This document shows, piece by piece, positions 16,679 to 26,199 of a stretch of DNA of 32,122 bases. Made by a program: the position numbers and the translations under genes. Each line of letters begins with the position of its first letter. Position 1 is the first letter of the stretch. The stretch comes from Patescibacteria group bacterium (GTDB lineage: Archaea > Nanobdellota > Nanobdellia > Pacearchaeales > GW2011-AR1), in assembly GCA_051269935.1 (NCBI GenBank), contig JBNMFJ010000003.1:1-32122 (forward strand). Reading direction: 5' to 3'. Under the pieces are notes generated by a model that worked only from the letters and a program-made list of their open reading frames with translations, searched no databases and was not told where the DNA came from.

Positions 16679-17671
16679 ATGATAATTAATAATAACAAAA
16701 CAGATCCAAATAAAATTCTTCCAATGACCTACAAATGGGCGAGACAACATTACAAAGATGGAGTTGCAAACAATTGGACACCAGAAGAAGTCCCAATGCA
16801 AAACGACTTAGAACATTGGAAATCAGATCATATTCTGAGCGATGACGAAAGAAGATTAATTATGTGGAACTTAGGGTTTTTTTCAACTGCAGAATCCCTA
16901 ACAGCAAATAATATAGTACTTGCAGTATACAATCATGTAACAAATGCTGAGTGCCGACAATACTTACTCAGACAAGCATTCGAAGAAGCAATTCACACTG
17001 ACACATTCATCTATTGCTGTGACTCATTGGGACTAGACCCAGAAGAAATTTATTCAATGTATGAGACAATTCCCTCAATCAAAGATAAGGATGATTTTAT
17101 TATAGAAATCACAAGCTCAGTATTAGATCCTCACTTTAAAACAGACACACTAGAAAACATGCAAAAGTTCCTAAAGGACTTAATCGGATTTTACGTAATC
17201 ATGGAGGGAATATTTTTCTACGCCGGATTCGCAATGATGCTAGCATTAAAACGCCAAAACAAAATGGTCGGAATCGGAGAACAGTTCGAATTCATAATGC
17301 GTGACGAGTCACTTCACCTTGCATTCGGATGCGACTTAATTAACACAATCAAGCAAGAAAACCCAGAAATATGGACTCCTGGATTTCAACAAGAAATTCT
17401 ACAATTAATTCATCAAGCAGTTGAACTAGAAAAAAAATACAGCTATGATGCATGCCCAAGAGGATTACTTGGAATCAATGCGGAACAATTCGCAAACTAC
17501 GTAGAACACATAACAGACAGACGACTAGAGCGAATTGGACTCCCACTTCAGTATAACACAGAAAACCCTTTCCCATGGATGAGCCAATCAACAGACCTCT
17601 CAAAAGAAAAAAACTTCTTCGAGACAAGAGTAACCGAATACCAAACTGCTGGAAATTTAAGCTGGGATTAA
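16679..17671 (+). CDS. nrdB: Ribonucleotide reductase beta subunit, class Ic (Mn/Fe, R2c) type
   Basis: W.PEEV, FFSTAESL (E ligand), EEAIHTDTF (F at the radical Tyr position), MEGIFFY, RDESLH, NFFETRVTEY. Confidence 0.93.
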   Translation: MIINNNKTDPNKILPMTYKWARQHYKDGVANNWTPEEVPMQNDLEHWKSDHILSDDERRLIMWNLGFFSTAESLTANNIVLAVYNHVTNAECRQYLLRQAFEEAIHTDTFIYCCDSLGLDPEEIYSMYETIPSIKDKDDFIIEITSSVLDPHFKTDTLENMQKFLKDLIGFYVIMEGIFFYAGFAMMLALKRQNKMVGIGEQFEFIMRDESLHLAFGCDLINTIKQENPEIWTPGFQQEILQLIHQAVELEKKYSYDACPRGLLGINAEQFANYVEHITDRRLERIGLPLQYNTENPFPWMSQSTDLSKEKNFFETRVTEYQTAGNLSWD

Positions 17672-17703
17672 ATATATAAAGAAAAGAAACCCCAACTTAA
17701 AAT

Positions 17704-17853
17704 ATAAAAACTAAAGTAATCATAACTACTGATCTTATAGTTCTAATCCTAATAATCTCCATTACATCTCAACTGTCAAACTTGGGTAATAAAGATAATA
17801 TCGAAGATTATTATAAATGTCCAAATAGTTGTATCGATGGATATTGTATATAA
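17704..17853 (+). pseudogene. Remnant of a small secreted Cys-motif protein (no ATG; ATA first codon)
   Basis: IKTKVIITTDLIVLILIISITSQLSNLGNKDNIEDYYKCPNSCIDGYCI*; signal-like N-terminus joined to a CPxxCxDGxC terminus. Confidence 0.4.
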
Positions 17854-17871
17854 CAATATCATAAATTCTCC

Positions 17872-19923
17872 CTACCCACTAACTTCTTCTAACCTAGAAG
17901 ACTCACCCTTACTCACCCGAATAATTCGATCAACAAAACCTTCCATCTTTTGTTCATGAGAAACCAAAATCAATTGTTCAGTATCCAGTGCATCAAACAA
18001 GTCCCTCATCTTATCAATTTGCTCAGCAGCAAACCCATCAGTAGGCTCATCTAAAATTAACAAATTCTTAGTCTTTAATCGAGACAACATAGAATTCAAA
18101 ACTTGATGTAAACTAAGCCGATATGACAAAGCAACAGCAGTCCTCTCACCACCACTCAAAAATGCATATTCAATTTCATAATCCTGCTGCATAATGATCG
18201 GTGTAAAATCCTCATCCAATCGAACACTTAAATCATCAGAGACCAAAAGACTAAACCATTCAGTAAACACATTGGAAAATTCCATACGCAACTTTGACAA
18301 GACATTTTTTTCAGTCAACATAATAACACTCAAGAATTTCTCATTAACCCAATCTTGTAAATTACGCAAATAAACTATTTGCAATTTAACTTTTTCCTTC
18401 TTCGTAACCTCAATATTCAACTCTTCTAAACGCTCACGAACAAGTTTCAATTCTCTCTGTTTCTCCGCAAAAGTAATTTCATGTAAACGAAGCTTTTTAT
18501 TCAATGCATCTTCTCGCGCAATAACTTCAGTAGATTTTATTTTATCTTCTTCAGATAATTCTTGAGAAACTAACTCGGTAACACGAGCTTCTAATTGTAA
18601 TATTTCCTGCTTAGTTCTATCCAAAGTAAACGCCTCACTTTGCAATTTAATTTTGACATTTTTTTGCTGCTCAAACTTCATCTGCGCTTCACGTAAATTT
18701 CTCAAATCAGATTCATACCCAGAAATTAAATCAGAAACTTTTTCAATATCAGTAGAGAGCTGATTTCTCTCAACAATTTTATGCTCCAAAGAATGGCTTA
18801 ACTCATCAATTTCAAACCCAGTTCTTTTATCAATTTTCTCCTTATGTTCAGAAGAAACAATTTGCTGACAAGTCGGGCAATTATCCATAGACATAATTTT
18901 TTGCTTCAATGTAAAAGGGGCCTCTTTCTGAGATTCAATACGAGTAATAGCCAAATTTATATCCATATACATTTTCCTCTTTTCATCTAAAACACCTTTG
19001 TGCTTAATCAACAATTCAGAAACGGCATTCAAACGATCCACTGAGAAATCAGCAGGATCTGAAATCTCTCGTTGCATAACAACCATATCACGAGAGAGCT
19101 TAACTTCCAACTCTCGCTTACCAATCAAAAGAGCCTTTTCCCGAGCCAAATCAGATTCAAGTTCCCGAGCCTTTTTCACCTTTTCTTCAATAACCTTACG
19201 TTCCAAAGTGACAGCTTCTTTTTGTTTAGATGATTCACGAACTTCCAAATCTAAATTATTCACTTCTCGAGCTAATCCAATTTTTCTCTCAGATTCAATT
19301 TGTAATTTTTCTTTTAATAATTGCAATTCAGCAATCAACACTTCTTTAATTTTGATTGAGTCCTTAATTTTAGAAAGCAGTATACCAGCATTTTCCTTAA
19401 TTCTTTTATATCGATCAAACCCAAAAATATGACGAATAGTATCAAGCCTCACTTCAGGCCTCTCCTCAATAATAGCTTTCATTTCTTCCTGCGGAGTATA
19501 AACCGTAAACTTATACAACAGGTTAGATTTTTTCGCAAACTCACGAGGATATTCAAGTAAATCAATCACCCTACTTTTCATCTCACTAGTAGATAATTCT
19601 TCACGAACACCGTTAGTAGTAATAACATTAGAATCCTGAGTAATCGTACCACCTTTTCCTTTTTTAATAGTTCGCTCCATATCAATAACAGAAGAATCAA
19701 TCTCAACAGTCACCCGAGCATAGGCTGAGTCTGCCCCATGACGCAACAAGCTACTTCCTTTCTGACCAGGCTGTAGACCAAATAAAGCAAATTGCAAACC
19801 TAACAAAATAGAGCTTTTACCCGAACCAATATTACCCAAAAGTAAACTAGCACCTTTCTCGAAAGGAACATCAACAGACTCATAACTTCGAATATTTTTC
19901 AAAGACAAATGCTTAATAATCAT
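17872..19923 (-). CDS. rad50: Rad50 DNA double-strand break repair ATPase
   Basis: Walker A GNIGSGKSS, Q-loop, CPTC zinc hook in coiled coil, LSGGE, LLILDEPT, VSH. Confidence 0.92.
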   Translation of the reverse strand: MIIKHLSLKNIRSYESVDVPFEKGASLLLGNIGSGKSSILLGLQFALFGLQPGQKGSSLLRHGADSAYARVTVEIDSSVIDMERTIKKGKGGTITQDSNVITTNGVREELSTSEMKSRVIDLLEYPREFAKKSNLLYKFTVYTPQEEMKAIIEERPEVRLDTIRHIFGFDRYKRIKENAGILLSKIKDSIKIKEVLIAELQLLKEKLQIESERKIGLAREVNNLDLEVRESSKQKEAVTLERKVIEEKVKKARELESDLAREKALLIGKRELEVKLSRDMVVMQREISDPADFSVDRLNAVSELLIKHKGVLDEKRKMYMDINLAITRIESQKEAPFTLKQKIMSMDNCPTCQQIVSSEHKEKIDKRTGFEIDELSHSLEHKIVERNQLSTDIEKVSDLISGYESDLRNLREAQMKFEQQKNVKIKLQSEAFTLDRTKQEILQLEARVTELVSQELSEEDKIKSTEVIAREDALNKKLRLHEITFAEKQRELKLVRERLEELNIEVTKKEKVKLQIVYLRNLQDWVNEKFLSVIMLTEKNVLSKLRMEFSNVFTEWFSLLVSDDLSVRLDEDFTPIIMQQDYEIEYAFLSGGERTAVALSYRLSLHQVLNSMLSRLKTKNLLILDEPTDGFAAEQIDKMRDLFDALDTEQLILVSHEQKMEGFVDRIIRVSKGESSRLEEVSG

Positions 19924-21128
19924 ATCACATCCTCCAATTTCAACAACCCATATAACTCATCCATCAAACGATTCTCAAAAGCAGCTCCTTTCTCTTCTTC
20001 ACTCTGCTCGACAGATAAAATCTGCATCAACTGAGGTAACGCATAATTAAATTCATGAGGATTCTCTGCAATATATTCTTCAGTAATCTGAGCCTCAACC
20101 AATTCAACATTCCCTAAATCTTTAGCCGTAAAAGTACTAGCAGTTTCCTCAGTTTTTAACTTACTAATATTCCTCAAAAAAGAATACACTCCCTTCTTAC
20201 GAATAAACTCTTCAATATCATTAAACCGAATATCCCCACTCTTTCCCTTTATAATAATTCCATGCAATCGCAATAATAATATTTTGTCAGTCAAATGCAT
20301 CTTATTCAATTTATCAATAACCTCTTCCGTTGCAAGAAATGCATCAGTAACTTCTATCTCCAGATAGACAACCTCAGTCAAAGGCAATAAAACTTCCTCA
20401 GTCCTAAACCTTCCAGATTCATCTAATTCAACAATCACAAAGCCACCATGCTGTAGATCAACCAACTCCTGAAAATTATTGGGATACGTCGGACCAGGAT
20501 ACACAAAATGGCCTAAATCATCTCGAACACTAAAACGCTGATGCACATGTCCCATAGCATAATAATCAGCCCGAGGCAATTCCTCCCGACCAATTGAATT
20601 CATAGCAAAATTATCGATCACGTCACTAATAGTCGTATGTAACATCAAAATAGATTTCCCATTTCTCAAACCATCTTCCTGAATAAACGTCTTCCTCAAA
20701 TCATCCAACTCCATTCCACTCTTCCGACCCGGATACCCATACAAAGCAATTCCCTCATGCATAGTCGGCAACAATTCAATCCGACCATCATCATGCCTCA
20801 CAGTTCTCTCAACATTAACACAAAGACCCGCTTTCTCCAACACATCCAAAAACGTCTTACCAGAAGCAGAATAATCATGAGAACCAGCAATAATAAAGAC
20901 CGGAATATCTGCATCAGCCAACCGCTTAAACTCAGCAAATGCATCCTTCAAGATCTCAATAGGCGGATACGCAGAATCAAAAATATCTCCAGCAAAAAGA
21001 GCAAAATCAACCCTAGACTCGATAATTTTCTTAATAGTCACCTTAAAACTCTTCAAATTCAAGTCAAGAAGTTCTTGCTGTCTCCAGCTCCCTAAATGAC
21101 AATCAGCTACATGCGCAAATCTAACCAT
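19920..21128 (-). CDS. mre11: Mre11 nuclease
   Basis: ADCHLG, AGDIFD, GSHD, MLH, AMGHVH, YPG; ATGA overlap with rad50; ATG at 21128. Confidence 0.92.
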   Translation of the reverse strand: MVRFAHVADCHLGSWRQQELLDLNLKSFKVTIKKIIESRVDFALFAGDIFDSAYPPIEILKDAFAEFKRLADADIPVFIIAGSHDYSASGKTFLDVLEKAGLCVNVERTVRHDDGRIELLPTMHEGIALYGYPGRKSGMELDDLRKTFIQEDGLRNGKSILMLHTTISDVIDNFAMNSIGREELPRADYYAMGHVHQRFSVRDDLGHFVYPGPTYPNNFQELVDLQHGGFVIVELDESGRFRTEEVLLPLTEVVYLEIEVTDAFLATEEVIDKLNKMHLTDKILLLRLHGIIIKGKSGDIRFNDIEEFIRKKGVYSFLRNISKLKTEETASTFTAKDLGNVELVEAQITEEYIAENPHEFNYALPQLMQILSVEQSEEEKGAAFENRLMDELYGLLKLEDVI

Positions 21129-21238
21129 CTTCCTTAAATTTCTCTTTCTCCTCCTACACCAATACATAATAATTTCCTTTTAAACTTGATTATACCAAGA
21201 AATAACTATTAGAAAAATACTGTACCTAATAGCCAAGC

Positions 21239-21613
21239 CTACCTCAAATAGGTACTTATCAAATCCTTAAAAAGAGTTAGCTTCATTTCATCTTTCGTAA
21301 ACACATCCCTCTTCCCAAAACCTTCCACAGCTCCATGTTTGACAGCCAATGATGCAGAATCATCATAATTAGTAATCATCATAATCTTTACCTTGTCTTT
21401 CACTATATTAATCAAATCCATACCTTCCTCACCAGTCTTATCCAAGATCCTATTAACAAGAACCAACTCATACTCAGTCTTATCGATCATAGCCAAAGCC
21501 TCATCAATTGAATGAGCAGAATACACATGAGCATCTGATAGCATATCAGTAATAGCCTTAGCCAACCTCGGCCCATCATATCCACAATTACCAACCTGTA
21601 ATACCTTACTCAT
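21239..21613 (-). CDS. Stand-alone atypical (pseudo) receiver-domain protein
   Basis: REC-like pattern VL.V...DEAL......YELVLVNR.L....GMDL......IMMIT......AVKHGA.EGFGK; the phospho-Asp position is Asn. Confidence 0.75.
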   Translation of the reverse strand: MSKVLQVGNCGYDGPRLAKAITDMLSDAHVYSAHSIDEALAMIDKTEYELVLVNRILDKTGEEGMDLINIVKDKVKIMMITNYDDSASLAVKHGAVEGFGKRDVFTKDEMKLTLFKDLISTYLR

Positions 21614-21703
21614 ACATATAACAATCCCTCATTTATTATAAACACTTCGTAATCACTGTTCCAGCATAGTAATCCTTTTTAATCAAATCAAACTTCCCAA
21701 AAC

Positions 21704-22333
21704 ATGACATTTCTAAGCGATGCAATAGGCGACCACTTCGAAGAATTCATACAAGACAATTTCCAAACCCTCTATCATAAAGCCCAAACAAGCATAGCCC
21801 CTGACTTCTACGATGCCGAACATGAATTCTACATAGAGGCAAAAGTAGGCTACCAAGGATGGGGACCACGAATCAAACGATACCAAGTAGAAAATTTCAC
21901 TAAAGATCTCAACCATAGAACAATCTACGCAATCGGACTACATACAATGAGTCAATCAACAGAAAAGACAAAACACCTCAAAACAAAACAAGGCATAAGA
22001 AACAGAATAGACAAAGAACTAGAAATCGCTCAAGTAACATTTATCTCAGACGAAATCATACAAAAAATCTACCACAAAGCCCATAAAGTAAGCGAATCAG
22101 GAAAACACGAATACTTCATGCTCAAGCCAGCAATACTCAAAGACATCTTCCAAAACAGAGAATTTAAGCGAGAAGGCAAAACCCAAACCTGCGAATCATA
22201 TTACAAATTCAATCCAGTAAGATACGAAACATACCAAGAAGGAATACATAATTACACACCCTGGCAAGCAATCATTAACCCCGAACAAGACAAATCCTTT
22301 AGAAGATTCTTAGAATATCATGAAATGCTATGA
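21704..22333 (+). CDS. Hypothetical protein, possible PD-(D/E)xK nuclease
   Basis: G..FE helix followed by APDF....FYIEAKVG. Confidence 0.5.
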   Translation: MTFLSDAIGDHFEEFIQDNFQTLYHKAQTSIAPDFYDAEHEFYIEAKVGYQGWGPRIKRYQVENFTKDLNHRTIYAIGLHTMSQSTEKTKHLKTKQGIRNRIDKELEIAQVTFISDEIIQKIYHKAHKVSESGKHEYFMLKPAILKDIFQNREFKREGKTQTCESYYKFNPVRYETYQEGIHNYTPWQAIINPEQDKSFRRFLEYHEML

Positions 22334-22394
22334 AAATATCAAATCCCTAAAACAACTAAATTTAAAAGTGAATAATCCCCCTCCCTAAGTATAC

Positions 22395-25256
22395 ATGGTA
22401 GACAAACCCCAATCAATAAACGAGCAAGAATTAGCAATCCTAGAATTTTGGTCAAAAAACGACACATTCAAGAAAACATTAGAAAAAACCAAAAACAACG
22501 AAGAATACGTATTCTACGACGGACCACCATTTGCAACAGGAAGCCCCCATTACGGACACTTACTAGGATCGATAATAAAAGACATCTATGGCCGATTCCA
22601 CACAATGCAAGGAAAGTACGTCAGACGAGTCTGGGGATGGGACTGCCACGGCCTACCAATCGAAAACATAGCAGAAAAAGGCCTAAAAATAAATTCCAAA
22701 GATGAAATCGAAAAAATGGGAGTCAAAAAGTTCAATGACTATTGCCGAAGCAAAGTACTCTCATTCACAGATGAATGGAAAAGAGTAATTAACAGAATTG
22801 GTAGATGGGTTGACATGGACAGCTGCTACAAGACAATGGACAACAACTATATTGAATCAGTTTGGTGGGCATTCAAACAAATGTACGATAAGGGATTTAT
22901 ATACGAAGGGGAAAAAGTATTAATGTTCTGCCCCAGATGTTCAACTCCATTAGCAAAGGCAGAAATAGCAATGGACAATTCCTATAAAAATGTAAAAGAC
23001 CTAACAGTAACCGTCAAATTCAAACTAATAAACCCAAACCTACAAACACAGAAAGACACCTTTGCACTAGCCTGGACAACAACCCCCTGGACACTTCCCT
23101 CAAACTTAGCATTAAGCGTAAACCCAAAAATAGACTACGCCTACATATACGACAAATCTGAAGATTGCAATTTCCTTTTAGCAGAAGAACTCATTGGAAC
23201 ATTCTACAAATCTTCAGAAGAATACGAAATCGTAAAAAAACTCAAAGGAGCAGAACTAGAAAACATAACCTACGAGCCATTATTCCCCTATTTCAAAGAC
23301 AACGCAAACAGCTTCAAAATTCTATTAGGAGATTTTGTAACAGCTCAAGACGGAACAGGAATAGTCCATATCGCACCAGCATTCGGTGAAGAAGATTATG
23401 CTGTCGCAAGAAAATACCAAATTAAGATGGTACAACCAGTTGATGACAAAGGTAAATTCACTCAAGAGGTTACCCAATACGCAGGTCAATTCGTACACGA
23501 CACAAATCTAGAAATTGTGAAATATCTAAAAATAAATAACAAAGCAGTAATGAGCAAAAAAATAGAACACGAGTATCCATTCTGTTACAGATGCGACACA
23601 AAATTATTATACCGAGCAATCCCAGCATGGTTCGTCGACATCCAAAAAATTAAACCAAGATTATTAGAATTAAACCAAGACTTAAATTGGCATCCAGGAT
23701 TCCTAAAAGACGGACGAGTACAATATTCAGTCGAAAACGCACCTGATTGGAACATCTCAAGAAACAGATACTGGGCAACAGCAATACCAATTTGGATGAA
23801 TGAAGACAAAGAAAAAATAGTAATTGGTAGTATTGAAGAACTCAAAAAATACGCAACAAATATGCCAGACAAAGAAATAGATTTACACAAAGACTACCTA
23901 GACGACATCATCCTTAAAAAAGATGGAAAACAGTATGAAAGAATCCCGGAAGTAATCGACTGTTGGTTCGAATCCGGTTCAATGCCATTTGCACAATATC
24001 ATTATCCATTCGAGAATAAACATCAATTCGAAAAGAACATGCCCGCAGACTTCGTAGCAGAATACATCGCTCAAGTACGAGCATGGTTTTATTATATGAA
24101 TGTAATTTCCGCAATCATATTCGATAAAGTCCCATTCAAAAACATAGTAACTACCGGAACAGTAATGGCCGAAGATGGAAACAAAATGAGCAAGAGCATA
24201 GGAAACTTTGTCGACCCAATGATAATCATAGAAAAATTTGGAGTTGATGCATTACGATTCTACCTAGCAAGTTCTCCATTAATGAATGCCGACAATGTAA
24301 ATTTCTCAGAAAAACAGGTTGAGGAAGTCTTCAAGAAAGTAATCGTATTATTACACAATGTAAAAAACTTCTACGCACTCTATCCCAATATCCAAGAGGA
24401 AGAACTCAAAGCTGAAAATATTATGGACAAATGGATCCTAAGCAAAAGCAATAAACTATCCAAACACGTAGAAGAATATCTCAAGGCATACAATACCGTC
24501 AAAACAGGAGCAGAAATAAAAATATTCATAGATGACCTTTCAACATGGTACGTACGGCAAACAAGGGATAGATTTAATGTAGGAGACCCTCAAGCAAAAG
24601 CAACCCTCAAATATGTCCTACAACAACTAAGTACCACAATCGCTCCAATAATGCCATTCATAGCTGAACAGATCCATCAAACTATCAAAAAAGAAAAAAC
24701 ATCAGTTCACATGGAGAACTACACCAAATATGACAAATCATTAATCGACGAAGAATTAATCAATACAATGGAAATAACACGTGAAGCAGTTTCAACAGGA
24801 TTAAGGCAAAGAGACCAAGCACAAATAGGGCTAAAGTGGCCATTACAAAAAGTAACCATTGAAACTGACTCCGGATTTGAATTAGACAAACTAGAAACAA
24901 TAATAAAAGGCCAACTCAATGTTAAAGAAATAGATTTCAAAACAACAACAGATGTTGAATTAAAAGTAACCCTAGACACACAAATGAATCCAGAACTAGA
25001 AGCAGAAGGATATACCAGAGAAATAATCCGAAAAATACAAGCCGCTCGAAAGAAGGCAGAATTAATTAAAGATGACAAAATAATCATAACACTCAAAACA
25101 GAATTTGACAAAGACCTAGATACTCACCAAAAACTGCTACAAGATACCGTAGGAGCCCAATCTATAAAATTTTCAGAGCCCAATACTAGTGCAATACATA
25201 GCGAAGATGGAAAAATCAAAAAAAAGCAATATTCCTTTTCATTCAGCAAAATATAA
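22395..25256 (+). CDS. ileS: Isoleucine--tRNA ligase (type 2)
   Basis: DGPPFATG.PHYGH, GWDCHGLP, AWTTTPWTLPSN, DWNISRNRYW, KMSKS. Confidence 0.97.
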   Translation: MVDKPQSINEQELAILEFWSKNDTFKKTLEKTKNNEEYVFYDGPPFATGSPHYGHLLGSIIKDIYGRFHTMQGKYVRRVWGWDCHGLPIENIAEKGLKINSKDEIEKMGVKKFNDYCRSKVLSFTDEWKRVINRIGRWVDMDSCYKTMDNNYIESVWWAFKQMYDKGFIYEGEKVLMFCPRCSTPLAKAEIAMDNSYKNVKDLTVTVKFKLINPNLQTQKDTFALAWTTTPWTLPSNLALSVNPKIDYAYIYDKSEDCNFLLAEELIGTFYKSSEEYEIVKKLKGAELENITYEPLFPYFKDNANSFKILLGDFVTAQDGTGIVHIAPAFGEEDYAVARKYQIKMVQPVDDKGKFTQEVTQYAGQFVHDTNLEIVKYLKINNKAVMSKKIEHEYPFCYRCDTKLLYRAIPAWFVDIQKIKPRLLELNQDLNWHPGFLKDGRVQYSVENAPDWNISRNRYWATAIPIWMNEDKEKIVIGSIEELKKYATNMPDKEIDLHKDYLDDIILKKDGKQYERIPEVIDCWFESGSMPFAQYHYPFENKHQFEKNMPADFVAEYIAQVRAWFYYMNVISAIIFDKVPFKNIVTTGTVMAEDGNKMSKSIGNFVDPMIIIEKFGVDALRFYLASSPLMNADNVNFSEKQVEEVFKKVIVLLHNVKNFYALYPNIQEEELKAENIMDKWILSKSNKLSKHVEEYLKAYNTVKTGAEIKIFIDDLSTWYVRQTRDRFNVGDPQAKATLKYVLQQLSTTIAPIMPFIAEQIHQTIKKEKTSVHMENYTKYDKSLIDEELINTMEITREAVSTGLRQRDQAQIGLKWPLQKVTIETDSGFELDKLETIIKGQLNVKEIDFKTTTDVELKVTLDTQMNPELEAEGYTREIIRKIQAARKKAELIKDDKIIITLKTEFDKDLDTHQKLLQDTVGAQSIKFSEPNTSAIHSEDGKIKKKQYSFSFSKI

Positions 25257-25343
25257 ATTTTACCGTCGATAAACTTTTTTTTACCTCTTTATAGGGGGAC
25301 TTTGCTGAGAAACATTTAAATACTAGTTTTTGCTTACTCTACC

Positions 25344-26147
25344 ATGATAGTTAAGGATGAATTTTTAAGTCGATTAAGAAAAATATTTGACTTAAATCTA
25401 TATGAGGTGAAAGTCTGGACTGCATTACTTTCAAGAGGAACATCAACAGCCGGAGAGTTATCTTCCATAAGTGACGTACCACGGTCAAGAACATACGATA
25501 TTCTAGAAAGCCTTGAGAAAAAAGGATTTATTGTTATGAAATTAGGCAAACCTATCAAATTTGTAGCACTTAAACCAGAAGAAGTAATTGAAAGAGTAAA
25601 GAAAAATCTTGTAATTACGGCTCAAGAGAAATCAAAACGATTAGAAACTCTAAAGGGAGATGAGGTATTAGAAGAATTAAACCTAATATTCACTGACGGA
25701 ATCAAATTTGTTGAACACACAGACTTATCAGGAGCACTAAAAGGAAGACAGAATGTATATAATCACCTAGATATGCTTGTACGAGAAGCAGAAGAGTCAA
25801 TTACACTTGTAACAACCGCAGACGGTTTAAGCCGAAAAATAGAAATATTATTGCCATCACTTCAAAAGGCAAAGAAAAGGGGAGTCGAGATTAAAATAGC
25901 AGCTCCAATCACTGAAGAAAATAAGGCAGTAGCAAAAGAATTAGCAGAATACGCAGATGTACGAGACGTAGATGGATTACAAGCACGATTTATGATTATT
26001 GATGGAAACCAGGTAATGTTTATGTTAATGAATGATACAGAAGTTCATCCAACATATGACCTAGGAGTATGGATCAATACACCATTCTTTTCTCTCGCTT
26101 TAAGTCAACTCTTTGACATTGCTTGGAAAGACATGAAACCATTATAA
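25344..26147 (+). CDS. TrmB-family transcriptional regulator/chromatin protein
   Basis: LNLYE.KVW.ALL..G..TA.ELS..S.VPRSR.YD.L.SLE.KG wHTH followed by a PLD-like effector domain. Confidence 0.9.
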   Translation: MIVKDEFLSRLRKIFDLNLYEVKVWTALLSRGTSTAGELSSISDVPRSRTYDILESLEKKGFIVMKLGKPIKFVALKPEEVIERVKKNLVITAQEKSKRLETLKGDEVLEELNLIFTDGIKFVEHTDLSGALKGRQNVYNHLDMLVREAEESITLVTTADGLSRKIEILLPSLQKAKKRGVEIKIAAPITEENKAVAKELAEYADVRDVDGLQARFMIIDGNQVMFMLMNDTEVHPTYDLGVWINTPFFSLALSQLFDIAWKDMKPL

Positions 26148-26199
26148 TTTTTATCTTTCTAATAAATACTAAACAATAATTAATCCATAGAAATTTTTC

